A stretch of DNA of 64,000 bases, taken from the NCBI GenBank assembly GCA_965203445.1, contig OZ241883.1, positions 928,001 through 992,000 on the forward strand, read 5' to 3'. Position 1 is the stretch's first letter. Every line of letters begins with the position of its first letter. Both the position numbers and the translations under genes were made by a program. Positions 12,144 to 22,419 of the stretch are shown here, in pieces. The DNA comes from Candidatus Oxydemutator sp. GTDB lineage: Bacteria > Pseudomonadota > Gammaproteobacteria > Poriferisulfidales > Oxydemutatoraceae. Under the pieces are notes generated by a model. That model saw nothing but the letters and a program-made list of their open reading frames with translations. It did no database searches and had not been told where the DNA came from.

Positions 12144-12314
12144 GAACCCACGTTGTCGAAGCTCCCGTACGCTTCTCCAGGAAAGAGAGGTCGGGAAGAG
12201 GAGGTGGGAAGCTTCTCCATAGTTTGGCTTATCCCACCCCAAGCAAGGAGAAGGCGACAAAATGGTGTACACTTCTGCCCGAACGCCCGACCGGGCGGCT
12301 TAAGGGAGAAACCA

Positions 12315-12587
12315 ATGGCGCGCATGGTGCATTGCGCAAAGTCGGGGCAAGAAGCCGAGGGGTTGGACTATGTTCCGTATCCCGGCGAACTCGGCCAGCG
12401 GATTTACGACCATATCAGCAAGCAGTCGTGGCAGGAGTGGGTCGGCCACCAGACGATGTTGATCAACGAATATCGCTTAACGCCAGTGGACCCGAAGGCG
12501 CGCAAGTTTCTCGAGGAAGAGATGGAAAAGTTTCTGTTCGGCGAGGGTTCGGACAAACCCGCGGACTACGTCGAACCCGGACAATAA
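12315..12587 (+). CDS. yggX: Fe(II)-trafficking / oxidative damage protection protein
   Basis: MARMVHCAK...[21 protein letters not shown]...[10 protein letters not shown]. Confidence 0.93.
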   Translation: MARMVHCAKSGQEAEGLDYVPYPGELGQRIYDHISKQSWQEWVGHQTMLINEYRLTPVDPKARKFLEEEMEKFLFGEGSDKPADYVEPGQ

Positions 12588-12600
12588 CCGCACGTTGCTT

Positions 12601-12676
<76 letters not shown>

Positions 12677-12776
12677 TATCGCCTCATCATCGTGCCGTAT
12701 TGTTGACTGAGTTGGTATGAACAAATATGCTTGTCCATGCCGTTCAAACTTGTTCTTTGAACAGCCCTAACGTTTT

Positions 12777-13103
12777 ATGAAACAGGGTGTGAAACAGAGA
12801 TACTGGCTCTTGATCGTGGCCTTTGCCACGCCATTTCTCGGCGCATGTGCAGGGGCGAATCTTGTCGAGATGAACACTGACTATGTGGTTGTCGAACAAA
12901 GCATGTTAGAGTTCTATGACCAGCATGCCTTCGACGAGGCCGCGAATCGGGGTTGTGCGGTTTACGGGAAGTCTCCGGTTTTTGAATCTTCCCAGTGCGC
13001 TTTCGTTGACAAAGATGGGGGGTTGCGGGGCCAGTGCATAACTTGGTACCACAAATTCTCTTGTGTCTCTCCCGAACCGAATAGCAAGCCAGCGGGCCTC
13101 TGA
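12777..13103 (+). CDS. Small Cys-rich lipoprotein of unknown function
   Basis: Signal peptide with lipobox LGAC; truncated paralog at 57252-57383. Confidence 0.6.
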   Translation: MKQGVKQRYWLLIVAFATPFLGACAGANLVEMNTDYVVVEQSMLEFYDQHAFDEAANRGCAVYGKSPVFESSQCAFVDKDGGLRGQCITWYHKFSCVSPEPNSKPAGL

Positions 13104-13132
13104 TATAATCTCGTTTCTCCACAAAGACTGCC

Positions 13133-13300
13133 TCAAAAGAACGGGTCGCGCACAATGCCGTTCTTGTTGCTGCTTGCTTTGATTATCCTTTCGAGCAGGG
13201 TAAGGGGCTTCTGCGTGAGGTGTCCGGTTCGTTCCTTCCAGAAGATTTGTCCCCTGCCTAGAATGTTCGCCCACCAGTCCTCAGCCATTTTCCCTGTTAG
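13133..13300 (-). pseudogene. Remnant of an N6/N4 DNA methyltransferase
   Basis: EDWW...ERTGHLTQKPLTLLERIIKASSNKNGIVRDPF resembles the YPTQKP..LLERII..SS..GD.VLDPF segment of beta-class MTases; no start codon or DPPY. Confidence 0.7.
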
Positions 13301-13408
13301 ACAGTAGCCACCATTGTATATAATTTTGTATAATCGCCTTTCCGAACTATGCCTTAGATGGTGCCGAATGGTGCCGACGATTGCAATTTTCAAAGGAATC
13401 CAGTCCCA

Positions 13409-14365
13409 ATGAAACGAACACTGAAACTTCTGATCGGCGCGTTTGTATTGTCGGCGTCGGCACCGGGCGGCGCGCAGGCGGCCTCCGATTTCTATTTGAG
13501 CAGCGAAATCGGCGTCCATTTCGCCAAAGGCCCGAAGCTGAAAGTGTATCCGAACGACCGCGCCAGCATCTGCGACGAGTTCATCAATCCCCTCTACTCG
13601 ACGGTCACCACCGTCGCGGGGTTCGAGAACACCAACTGCACCGGGCCGAATCGCGGCGCCGGCAGCGATTTGTCCAACGACTTCGATTCCGAAACCGGCA
13701 TCCTGGCCGGCGTCGCGTTGGGCTATCGGTTGCGGCCCAACGTCCGGCTCGAGCTCGAATACTTCTACCGCGAGGCACGCTTTGATGAAACCCGCGACGT
13801 GCCCCGCAACGTGCCGGCGGGCACCGGCAATCTCAACGTCGACAAACTCAGGGACGAGATCAGAAGCGCGACCGACCGCATCGGCACCCTCGACGCGCAC
13901 AACCTGTTCGCCAACGTGTATTACGACTTTGCCGGCACCGCTCGCATCACGCCGTACTTGGGCTTGGGCATCGGTCTCGGTTTCACCGACCTCGACTACA
14001 CCAGCCATTGGGTGAGAAACCGCGACCCCGCCAACATCAGAACCGGCGAAGGGCTGCCGAACGCGGCACAGATCCAGCAGAACCTCGCCGGCACCTACAG
14101 CCTGGCGAGGAAAAAACTGTCCGACACGCTGTTCGGCGTCCAGATGTTGCTCGGCGTGGATTACGCGGTCAGCGAAACGCTGGCCGTGGGCCTCAAAGGC
14201 CGCTACGTCAGATACGACGATTTGCGCGACGATATAGTCTGGGATCCGCTGCGCAGCCACGTGCCCAACATACGCCGCGACGGCAGCGAACCGGTGTCGG
14301 CTAAAGTCAAGGCCAGCGACCTCGAGGCGTTCGGGGTGAGCCTGAACCTCAAGTATTACTTCTGA
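13409..14365 (+). CDS. Outer-membrane beta-barrel (opacity/OmpA-like porin family)
   Basis: Signal peptide, VRLELEY, NVYYDF, ITPYLGLGIG, C-terminal LKYYF. Confidence 0.85.
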   Translation: MKRTLKLLIGAFVLSASAPGGAQAASDFYLSSEIGVHFAKGPKLKVYPNDRASICDEFINPLYSTVTTVAGFENTNCTGPNRGAGSDLSNDFDSETGILAGVALGYRLRPNVRLELEYFYREARFDETRDVPRNVPAGTGNLNVDKLRDEIRSATDRIGTLDAHNLFANVYYDFAGTARITPYLGLGIGLGFTDLDYTSHWVRNRDPANIRTGEGLPNAAQIQQNLAGTYSLARKKLSDTLFGVQMLLGVDYAVSETLAVGLKGRYVRYDDLRDDIVWDPLRSHVPNIRRDGSEPVSAKVKASDLEAFGVSLNLKYYF

Positions 14366-14386
14366 GCGCCGCCCGCGGCCGGCGCG

Positions 14387-15196
14387 CTACAGGTCTTTCG
14401 TGAAGCGTCGCCAGTCCGGCGAGGCCGGCGTGTGGACGACGAACGACGGGTTGATCAGCGACTTCCTGGCGTTGTAGCGTAGCGCCTGATCGGAGCAGTC
14501 GGTCAGACGGCCGCCGGCTTCCTCGACGATGCACTGGCTCGCGCCGGTGTCCCACTCGCAGGTCGGGCCGACGCGCAGGCAGAGGTCGGCGCTGCCGTCG
14601 GCCACCAGGCAACACTTCAGCGAGCTGTCGGCGCGGATCAGCCGGTGCCTGCCCAGTTGCGCGAGCAACTGAGTCGTCGGTTTGTTGACGTGCATGCGGC
14701 TGACCGCTATCACCGGCTCGTCGCGCGTGCTCTCGCGCACGTGGATCGGCTGCGCCGGCGCGCCGGCGTCCTGACGGAACGCGCCTTCGCCCCGCGCCGC
14801 GTAATAGAGCTGGTCCATCGCCGGCGCGAACACGACGCCCAACACCGGGCGGTGGTTTTCGATCAGCGCGACGTTGACCGTGAAGAAGTCGTTTTTGCGC
14901 AGGAAGCCCCGGGTGCCGTCGAGCGGGTCCACCAGCCAGTAGGTCGTCCAGTCCATGCGTTCTTCGGCCGGATGGTTGGCCGCGTCCTCCTCGGACAGCA
15001 CCGGCACGCCGGGGGCCAGCTCGGCCAGTTCAGCCGCGATCAGGCGGTCGGCATTCAGATCGGCGATCGTGACCGGCGATTTGTCCTGCTTGTATTCGAC
15101 CTCGACGTCCTGGCGGTAGATCTCCAGGATGCCCTCGCCTGCGGCACGCGCGATGCCGCAGACGCTCTCCAGCCAGTCGTTGTGCGCGCCGTTCAT
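14387..15196 (-). CDS. cysQ: 3'(2'),5'-bisphosphate nucleotidase
   Basis: SPVTIAD, WLVDPLDGT, SSLKCCLVADG, EWDTGASQ. Confidence 0.93.
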   Translation of the reverse strand: MNGAHNDWLESVCGIARAAGEGILEIYRQDVEVEYKQDKSPVTIADLNADRLIAAELAELAPGVPVLSEEDAANHPAEERMDWTTYWLVDPLDGTRGFLRKNDFFTVNVALIENHRPVLGVVFAPAMDQLYYAARGEGAFRQDAGAPAQPIHVRESTRDEPVIAVSRMHVNKPTTQLLAQLGRHRLIRADSSLKCCLVADGSADLCLRVGPTCEWDTGASQCIVEEAGGRLTDCSDQALRYNARKSLINPSFVVHTPASPDWRRFTKDL

Positions 15197-15606
15197 CAGC
15201 CGCGCGCCCAGCGCCGGAAGCGCTTTTTGCAGTATTTCAGCAGCGATTCGTAGCCGTCGAAGTAGAGATCGAAGCCGTCTTCCGCCGGCGCGTCGTACTC
15301 GCAGTAGTCGTTGGAATGATCGCGGCAGATCTGCGGGCGCACTTCGTAAATGCCGCACTTGCCGTTGGGCAGCAGATGGCGGCAGGTGGTCTCGAACAGC
15401 AGGCACCAGCCGTCGGAATCCTTGTATGCCTTGACGTTCTCGTGCGACACCTGCCACAGCAGATGCTCGAAATCGTGCTTGCTGCGCGGCGCGTCTATGC
15501 CCTGCGTTACGTAGGTGCAGCACTTGCTGTTGGTGCAGTAGCCGCATTTGTTCTCCGGCGTCAGCAGTCCGGGGTCCACGCGAATCGGAATGTCGAGTTT
15601 TTTCAC
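15196..15606 (-). CDS. YkgJ-family cysteine-cluster protein
   Basis: CGYCTNSKCC ... C..L.....CGIYEVRPQICRDH. Confidence 0.8.
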   Translation of the reverse strand: MKKLDIPIRVDPGLLTPENKCGYCTNSKCCTYVTQGIDAPRSKHDFEHLLWQVSHENVKAYKDSDGWCLLFETTCRHLLPNGKCGIYEVRPQICRDHSNDYCEYDAPAEDGFDLYFDGYESLLKYCKKRFRRWARG

Positions 15607-15902
15607 TGGTTCTCCGGTTTTTGCGGGGGCTTTGCGGCGCGCTTCAGCGGCACGACCTCTCGCGTCCGCGGTTCGTCGGCGTAGCGCGGGCGCAGCGCCG
15701 ACGCGTCGTCCGCGCCGCCCTGTGCCAGTTCGCGCTCGCGCGCCGAAATCAGCGAAAAACAATCGCGTATGCGCTCTATCGTGCTTTCTTGCAGGGGGTG
15801 CCGGCGCCCCGGCAGCGGTGTCGTGTCCTTGACGACGTCGGCGAGCGTCTTGCGTAGCGCGATCAAAATGCGTCGTTCCTTGCTCAAGGTGCGGGGTTCC
15901 AT
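15603..15902 (-). CDS. Hypothetical protein
   Basis: 99-aa ORF translationally coupled to the YkgJ gene. Confidence 0.65.
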   Translation of the reverse strand: MEPRTLSKERRILIALRKTLADVVKDTTPLPGRRHPLQESTIERIRDCFSLISARERELAQGGADDASALRPRYADEPRTREVVPLKRAAKPPQKPENQ

Positions 15903-15957
15903 CGTTTGCGCCGCGCGACCACGTGCCTTTGCGGGGCTTGCCCATTATAATGGACTT

Positions 15958-16227
15958 ATGCGCGACCCCGAAACCATCAGCCGGTTCATCAAAGATCTCG
16001 TCGCCGGCCTGCCGCCGCTGGCCACGGAATTGCGCGACGAGTTCGAGCGCAACGCACGCGCCAGTCTTGAATCCCTGTTGCAGAAAATGAATCTCGTAAG
16101 CCGCGAGGAGTACGACATACAGGTCGCATTGCTGGAACGTCTGCGCCTGCGCGTAACCGAGCTGGAGCGGCGCCTGCAAGCCGGGCAGGAAAAGCGCGAC
16201 ACCGGCGACACTGGCGACGACGCCTGA
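15958..16227 (+). CDS. ubiK: Accessory factor UbiK/YqiC family
   Basis: LQKMNLVSREEYDIQVALL..LRLRVTELERRL; typical position upstream of comM. Confidence 0.85.
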   Translation: MRDPETISRFIKDLVAGLPPLATELRDEFERNARASLESLLQKMNLVSREEYDIQVALLERLRLRVTELERRLQAGQEKRDTGDTGDDA

Positions 16228-16407
16228 CGGACGCGCGTCTGTCGCGCCCTGCCCTCGCGTTGCCCGGGCCGCTTCCGGAGGGTAGGGGGCATGGCACGGC
16301 CCCGGCCCCGCGGCAGGCGGTGCGCCAATTCGGCCGTTCATCGGCCAAAACCGACCGCTTATCCGGCAAACCGCGCTTTTCCCCGCGATTCGCCTGAACA
16401 TGGCCCC

Positions 16408-17919
16408 ATGCGTTTGGCTACCGTCCACAGCAGGGCGTGCCGGGGGCTGGAGGCGATACCGGTCAAAGTCGAGGTTCATATCGCCTCGGGGCTTCCGCAC
16501 ATGCACATCGTCGGTCTGCCCGAGACCGCCGTGCGCGAGAGCCAGCACCGGGTGCGCGCGGCGCTGTCGCAGAATCAGTTCGAATTTCCGTGCCGGCGCA
16601 TCACGGTCAACCTGGCGCCCGCCGATCTGCGCAAGGGGGGCGGGCGTTTCGATCTGCCTATCGCGCTCGGCATCCTCGCGGCCAGCGGCCAACTGCCGCG
16701 CGACGCGCTCGACGACTGCGAGTTCATCGCGGAATTGAGCCTGAGCGGTTCGCTGTTGCCGGTCAAGGGGGTGATCCCGGCGGTGCTCGCGGCCGGCCGC
16801 CTGCGCCGCCGCCTGCTGATCGCGGACGACAACGCCGGCGAGGCCGGGCTTACCGGCCAGCCGCACGTCTATAGCGCGTCGCACTTGCTCGAAGTGTACG
16901 GCGGGCTGCTCGGCGAGACCGAACTGAAGCCGGTGGCGGCCGTCGCGCCGCCGGCCGATACCGGCGCCGCGCCCGACGTCCGCGACGTGCGCGGCCAGCG
17001 CGAGGCGGTGCGCGCGCTCGAGATCGCCGCCGCCGGGCGCCACCACTGTCTGATGCTCGGTTCTCCCGGCAGCGGCAAGACGATGCTCGCAAACCGCATG
17101 CCCGGCATCCTGCCGCCGCTGGGCACCGCCGAGGCGGTCGAGACCGCGTCGGTGACGTCGCTAGGCCCGGAAGCGCCGTGCGCCGCGAACTTCTACCGCC
17201 GCCCGTTCCGCTCGCCGCATCACAGCTGCTCGGCGGTCGCGCTGGTCGGCGGCGGCAGCAACGAGCCGAAGCCGGGGGAGATCTCAATGGCGCACAACGG
17301 CGTTTTGTTTCTCGACGAACTGCTGGAGTTCAGCCGCACCGCGCTCGACGCGCTGCGCGAACCGATAGAGAGCGGCGTGATACATATCGCGCGCGCCGGC
17401 TATAGCGTCGAGTATCCGGCCCGCTTTCAGCTGATCGCGGCGATGAACCCGTGCCCGGACGGCGCCGACACCGACGAGAACGGGCGCTGCCCGTGCAGCG
17501 AGCAGAAATTGAGGCACTACTATCGGCGTCTGTCGGCGCCGATGCTGGATCGCATAGACCTTCACGTCCGCGTGCCGCGCATACGCTGGAGCGGTATCGA
17601 GCGCGACGACGCGCGTGGCGAGGCGAGCGAGGTTATCCGTGCGCGCGTGGCGCGCTCGTGGAAACGGCAGCTCGAACGCCAGGGTTGCGCCAACGCGCGC
17701 CTGCAAAACGCCCGGATAGAGAAGTTGTGCGCACTGTCGGGCGACGACCGCAGACTGCTGAACCGCTCCGCCGACCGCCTGCAACTGTCCGCGCGCGCCT
17801 GCTACCGCGTGCTGAAAGTGGCGCGCACCATCGCCGACGTGGCCTGCGCCGACGTCGTCGAGCGCCCGCACCTGCTGGAGGCGATTCATTACCGCTCGTT
17901 GGATCAGCTGATGAAATAA
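16408..17919 (+). CDS. comM: YifB/ComM Mg-chelatase-like AAA ATPase
   Basis: IVGLPETAVRES, VNLAPADLRKGGGRFDLPIA, GSPGSGKT, FRSPHHS, GVLFLDE. Confidence 0.93.
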   Translation: MRLATVHSRACRGLEAIPVKVEVHIASGLPHMHIVGLPETAVRESQHRVRAALSQNQFEFPCRRITVNLAPADLRKGGGRFDLPIALGILAASGQLPRDALDDCEFIAELSLSGSLLPVKGVIPAVLAAGRLRRRLLIADDNAGEAGLTGQPHVYSASHLLEVYGGLLGETELKPVAAVAPPADTGAAPDVRDVRGQREAVRALEIAAAGRHHCLMLGSPGSGKTMLANRMPGILPPLGTAEAVETASVTSLGPEAPCAANFYRRPFRSPHHSCSAVALVGGGSNEPKPGEISMAHNGVLFLDELLEFSRTALDALREPIESGVIHIARAGYSVEYPARFQLIAAMNPCPDGADTDENGRCPCSEQKLRHYYRRLSAPMLDRIDLHVRVPRIRWSGIERDDARGEASEVIRARVARSWKRQLERQGCANARLQNARIEKLCALSGDDRRLLNRSADRLQLSARACYRVLKVARTIADVACADVVERPHLLEAIHYRSLDQLMK

Positions 17920-17921
17920 GG

Positions 17922-18004
17922 CTCGCTGAGAATCTCGAACGAACGCGAGCGGAACTCGCGGCGATAGAGCACCGACGCCACCCGCGTCGTGCCCGGCATG
18001 AACA
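17922..18004 (-). repeat. Diverged copy of the last ~83 bp of the DUF599 gene (21618-21700)
   Basis: Encodes SVLYRREFRSRSFEILSE vs SVLYRREFRSRSFKILSE. Confidence 0.85.
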
Positions 18005-18029
18005 ATCGGTAATTCGCTGACGGAACGAA

Positions 18030-18140
18030 GGCGGGGCGCCCGCACCGGGGGCCGGGGAGCGGCACCCCGTGCCAGGCCGTCGAGAAGCAACTCCCCCATT
18101 TGTCCGGTACGTGGTGGCCCCATGCAGGTGGCCCCATACA
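18030..18140 (+). mobile_element. Degenerate right-end remnant of the IS481-like element
   Basis: Aligns with ~32787-32882; ends CATTTGTCC...GGTGGCCCCATACA with the last 14 bp tandemly repeated. Confidence 0.8.
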
Positions 18141-18347
18141 GTGAGTTGACAATATCCGGTGGTGTGATAGTTTGATTGCCAGTCACTTGTAACGCGGGCT
18201 GTCCCATGTCGGGATACTCGCTGAATAGAACACTCAGTTGAACGGCGGGGGTCGCTCCCTTGCCTTGAGGAATAAGCGGGATTGCATCTATCCGTGTTGC
18301 AAGTGACCCGTCCCGGCGCTTTGCCGGTGCGGTCACAGGAGGAAGAT

Positions 18348-20081
18348 ATGTTGTCGTTCTTGAGGCAAAATCCGTCCGGATTTTGTTCGTCGTTTTTTTG
18401 TTCTTTGATTCTTTATAGCGGCGGCTTTTTGACACCATTCGTTGCCACGGCCCAAGCCGATGCTTTGACCGTGCCTGGCGAGGCGCCGATAGAAACGGTC
18501 CCCGGCGAACGTCGGGAAACACAGGCCAACGCCCGCTACCTGGCGCCGACGTATCCCCCGTCCTCGAGGTTTGACCTGCCCCCATTCAGCCGCGACGAGG
18601 AGAAGAAAATCAGGGCGCTTGTCGCAAACAAAAGACGCTATTACACGGGGTTTGGGAGAGATCTGTCGCTGGCCGCGCAAAACTGGTTTCTGGTCGAGCG
18701 GCGCGACGGCTTCGACGTCTGGCAGGCCCACGTATATTCGCCGTCCGCCTTACACGTGACCGCGCATTTGTCCGGCTTCGGTCTTGGCGAGGGAGCGTTT
18801 GTCAACGTGTATTCCCTCGACTCGCGGGATGAGTACATGGGAACCTACAGCGGCCGCGGGCCGGAGGGAAACGGGCGCTTCATATCGAATATCGTGCTTG
18901 GGGATACGATAGTCTTCGAGTTCTGGTCGCCGACGGAAAGCGATCTGACCCCCGCCGGGTTTCCGTTTTCCATTGATTCCATCACCCACACTTTTCGAGA
19001 TAAAGACGGCCGATTGCATGGTTTGTCTTCGGACGGGGAGAGAAGACCCGTTCAACACGTTGCCGATAACAGTTCGTGCCCGGTAAACGTGTCGCGTTGC
19101 GCCGACTACGGCATGACAGTCGGGAGTGCGGTGGCGAGATATATCGTTACCGCCCCAGGCGGAGAGCAGGTTCTATGCACCGGCGCCTTGCTGTCGTCGG
19201 CCGCCGCCAATTCCAGGCGTCTTTTCATGACCGCGTGGCATTGCGTGGAGGATACGGTGGTGGACTCGGAAGCCGGAAGCATCCCTGTAAACGCCATGTT
19301 CACTTTTGGCGACGACACGTGCGATTTGCAGACCGCCACCGCCCGAGGCACCCGTTTTGTCGCGGGCAACAGACGGGGGGACTGGGCCTTGTTGCGGTTG
19401 GATCAGACGCCGTCCGGGGATTTTGCGCCGGGCACTTTGGGGTTTCTCAGCAATCGCGTGGCTACTGGGAGCAGCATATGGGGTATTCACCACGCGACCG
19501 GCCAGGATCAGCAGCGTTATTACGAAGGTCTCGTTGCTTCTTATAGTTTCCTGGAGAATCCTTCGGTGACTTGCAGCGATGGGAGCCCTGATTGCGCAGA
19601 GTTCAATACCTTCTGTGAAGGGACGGGATGCTCGCATTATGAAGTGGATATTACAGAGGGAGGGTTGACGGGCGGGGCCTCAGGCTCTCCCGCATTCGTG
19701 GACGTCCAGGGCGCAATGCCCGGATTTACAGGCCTCACGACCCATGCTGATCCCGATCCCGGAACGTGCCACCCGAGTATCTCCATATTCGAGAAGATGT
19801 ATGAGGACGGGCGGGTCGAAGGCGCGCTGACGTACGGCGACGACTATTTCACCAGCACCGGCACGGCGGCCAATTTCGATGACCGTGCAAGGCCCGTATA
19901 CGCCTATAGCGATGGTGGCAGTGACAGCAGTGGCGGCGGCAGCAGCAGCGGCAGCAGTGGCGGTGGCGGCAGTGCCACTGGCTACACGACGTTGCTCATT
20001 CTGGCGGGGCTGCTGTTGCTGGCGTCCTTCAAGTGCGGCAAGCCGCCGAGATTTCCGCGTATGCGCAGCGACGTGAAGTAG
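18348..20081 (+). CDS. Secreted trypsin-like (lysyl-endopeptidase-like) serine protease with GlyGly-CTERM-type anchor
   Basis: Triad motifs TAWHC, DWALLRL, GASGSP; Ser/Gly linker, GGGGS, TM helix and basic tail. Confidence 0.8.
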   Translation: MLSFLRQNPSGFCSSFFCSLILYSGGFLTPFVATAQADALTVPGEAPIETVPGERRETQANARYLAPTYPPSSRFDLPPFSRDEEKKIRALVANKRRYYTGFGRDLSLAAQNWFLVERRDGFDVWQAHVYSPSALHVTAHLSGFGLGEGAFVNVYSLDSRDEYMGTYSGRGPEGNGRFISNIVLGDTIVFEFWSPTESDLTPAGFPFSIDSITHTFRDKDGRLHGLSSDGERRPVQHVADNSSCPVNVSRCADYGMTVGSAVARYIVTAPGGEQVLCTGALLSSAAANSRRLFMTAWHCVEDTVVDSEAGSIPVNAMFTFGDDTCDLQTATARGTRFVAGNRRGDWALLRLDQTPSGDFAPGTLGFLSNRVATGSSIWGIHHATGQDQQRYYEGLVASYSFLENPSVTCSDGSPDCAEFNTFCEGTGCSHYEVDITEGGLTGGASGSPAFVDVQGAMPGFTGLTTHADPDPGTCHPSISIFEKMYEDGRVEGALTYGDDYFTSTGTAANFDDRARPVYAYSDGGSDSSGGGSSSGSSGGGGSATGYTTLLILAGLLLLASFKCGKPPRFPRMRSDVK

Positions 20082-20416
20082 TCGCCAAGCCCGGAGGATT
20101 ACAAGAGGGAAGACCGCCTTAATCCGGCCATGCCGCCATCAGCGCTTTTGTGCATTATGTCGGGCGCTTGGCGGCGGCGGGACGGCCGCCGATTTGAAAC
20201 AACACTGAGCCGGTGTCGGTAGTTTGGGTGAGAGCAGGGACGACCTTGTCGCCCGCCAGGGGTTGCGCCTGACCTGCTCTCCTCTTTTGTATAAAGGAAG
20301 CGGCGAGAAGATGTGCACAACGGATTTTGTGTCTATTCTGTTACGCACAAAACGGATTGTGCAAAGTATATTCAAGAAAGCTTTGTATAAATCGCCGATA
20401 GTGCTACTATTTCACC

Positions 20417-21556
20417 ATGAGGCCTTTCATCCCGCCCGAGCTGCCAATAGAAAGCATTGATTACCTGGCACTTTTGCCTCATATCGGCAGGGCCAACCGG
20501 GCACTGGCACAATACGACGGGCTGGTTCAGAACTCCCCCAATCCCGATATTTTTCTAATCCCCCTCGCCCGGCGCGAAGCGCTGGACTCGTCGCGGATCG
20601 AGGGTTTGCGCTCCACTTTGGGCGAGGTATTTCGCTTTTCCGAGGAGCAACGCGACGCTATTGCCGAGGAAAGAGGCGAAGACTTGAAAGAAATAGCGAA
20701 TTATGCCGCCACCTTGCGCTTGGCGAGGCGCCTGGTGGAGGGGGAACTCGAGGATGGCTCTTTCACTCTCGATCTGCTGCGGAAACTGCACGCATGTCTG
20801 CTCGACAGCGTGCGCGGGCAGAGAAAATCTCCCGGAGAATTCCGCGACGTCCAAAACTGGATAGCGCGGCCAGGCGCGCCGATGGAGCGGGCATTGTTTG
20901 TGCCCCCGGCGCCGGATAGGGTGCCGGAGTTCCTCGAAAAGTGGCGGGGTTTTTATCATTCCGAGCAGCCCGACGTGCTCGTGCATGCGGCTGTTTTGCA
21001 CGCTCAGTTCGAGTTGATCCACCCGTTTCGAGACGGCAACGGCCGTCTCGGGCGCATCCTGATTCCTATTTTTATGTACGGCAAGGGAGTGCTATCCAGG
21101 CCGAACTTCTATCTTTCCACCTATCTGGAAAGGCACCGCGGCGCATATATGGGCGCGTTGCGCGGCCTGAACACGTGGCCCGGCGACTGGAATCGCTGGA
21201 TAGCTTTCTTTCTGCAGGCGCTGTCGGTGCAGGCGTCGGAGGACTGCGACAAGATAAGAGAGATGACAAAGCTGCACGGCGTCCTTACAAGGCGCTCCAT
21301 AAGCCTGACCCGTTCGCCGTTCGCAACCTTGGTGGTGGATGCGATTTTCGAGCGGCCCGTTTTCAGCGCGCCGCAAATCAGCAAGGCCCTTGCCGCCCAT
21401 GGCAAGCCGCCGTCCGCTCAGGCGCTGCGCATTATCCTCAAAAAATTGGTGGACGGTAAGGTTCTACGCATCGTGGAACCGGGCAGGGGGCGGCGCCCGG
21501 CGACGTATGACCTGCCTGAACTGATGGACTTGCTGGAGGCGCGGGCGGCGGTGTAG
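20417..21556 (+). CDS. Fic-domain protein (class with N-terminal SSxIEG inhibitory motif and C-terminal wHTH)
   Basis: HPFRDGNGRLGR catalytic motif; EALDSSRIEG. Confidence 0.92.
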   Translation: MRPFIPPELPIESIDYLALLPHIGRANRALAQYDGLVQNSPNPDIFLIPLARREALDSSRIEGLRSTLGEVFRFSEEQRDAIAEERGEDLKEIANYAATLRLARRLVEGELEDGSFTLDLLRKLHACLLDSVRGQRKSPGEFRDVQNWIARPGAPMERALFVPPAPDRVPEFLEKWRGFYHSEQPDVLVHAAVLHAQFELIHPFRDGNGRLGRILIPIFMYGKGVLSRPNFYLSTYLERHRGAYMGALRGLNTWPGDWNRWIAFFLQALSVQASEDCDKIREMTKLHGVLTRRSISLTRSPFATLVVDAIFERPVFSAPQISKALAAHGKPPSAQALRIILKKLVDGKVLRIVEPGRGRRPATYDLPELMDLLEARAAV

Positions 21557-21614
21557 CGCTAGCGCGTCGGCGTCGTCAGCCGAGCAATGCGACGGCTTGC
21601 GCCGCCGTCGCTTT

Positions 21615-22301
21615 CTACTCGCTGAGAATCTTGAACGAGCGCGAGCGGAACTCGCGGCGGTAGAGCACCGACACCACCCACATCGTAACTAACATGAACA
21701 GCCCCGGGTGCAGAAACCAGCCGAGCGCGGCGAGCGCGAAGAAGTAGGCGCGCAGACCGTTGTTGAACTGGCGTCCGGCCAAGCTGTACAGCTGGCCGAT
21801 GCGGTCGGCCTCGCCGGCGGACGGCTGCTCTTCGTCGGTGGGCGGCATCGCGCCGATCAGGATCGCGCAGTAGTTGTACAGGCGGTAGCACCACGCGAAC
21901 TTGAAGAAGGCATAGACGAAGATGACCACCATCATCAATACCTTGCCCTGCCACAGCGTGCGCGACACCTGGGTGCCGAACGGCAGTTGCGCCATGACCG
22001 CGATGGCCTCGTCGGCGGCGCCGAGTATCGCCAGCAGGCCGCCGACCAGCAGCAGCGAAGTCGAGGCGAAAAACGCGACGCCGCTGACCAGCGAACTGTG
22101 TATCAGCGCGTCCATCATGCGCGTTTCGCGGCGCTGCATCATGTTGCGCATCCACTGGCAGCGGCGCACGTCTATCAGCGCGCTGGCGCTGCGCCGCCGC
22201 CAGCGGCTGTAATCGGCGAACCACACGTAGCCGAACCAGCACGCCAGAAACCACGCGAACGCGACACCGTCGAAAAGACTCAGATCGGGGGCGGGGGACA
22301 T
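21615..22301 (-). CDS. DUF599-family membrane protein
   Basis: FFASTSLLLVGG, YAFFKFAW, FNNGLRAYFF, LYRREFRS. Confidence 0.8.
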   Translation of the reverse strand: MSPAPDLSLFDGVAFAWFLACWFGYVWFADYSRWRRRSASALIDVRRCQWMRNMMQRRETRMMDALIHSSLVSGVAFFASTSLLLVGGLLAILGAADEAIAVMAQLPFGTQVSRTLWQGKVLMMVVIFVYAFFKFAWCYRLYNYCAILIGAMPPTDEEQPSAGEADRIGQLYSLAGRQFNNGLRAYFFALAALGWFLHPGLFMLVTMWVVSVLYRREFRSRSFKILSE

Positions 22302-22419
22302 GGCGGTCGGGCGGGACGATGGCGGGATGGTGTGCGGCTCTCGTGACGGTTCTCGCCGCGGATGATAACAGTATTGGTTTGTCATTCCCGTACATGTTCA
22401 CTAATTCGTTGCCGGACCG

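Noticed and set aside
13307-13314. GCCACCAT as attR copy of the tRNA-Phe 3' end
   Set aside because: Only 8 bp and no integrase; compatible with chance
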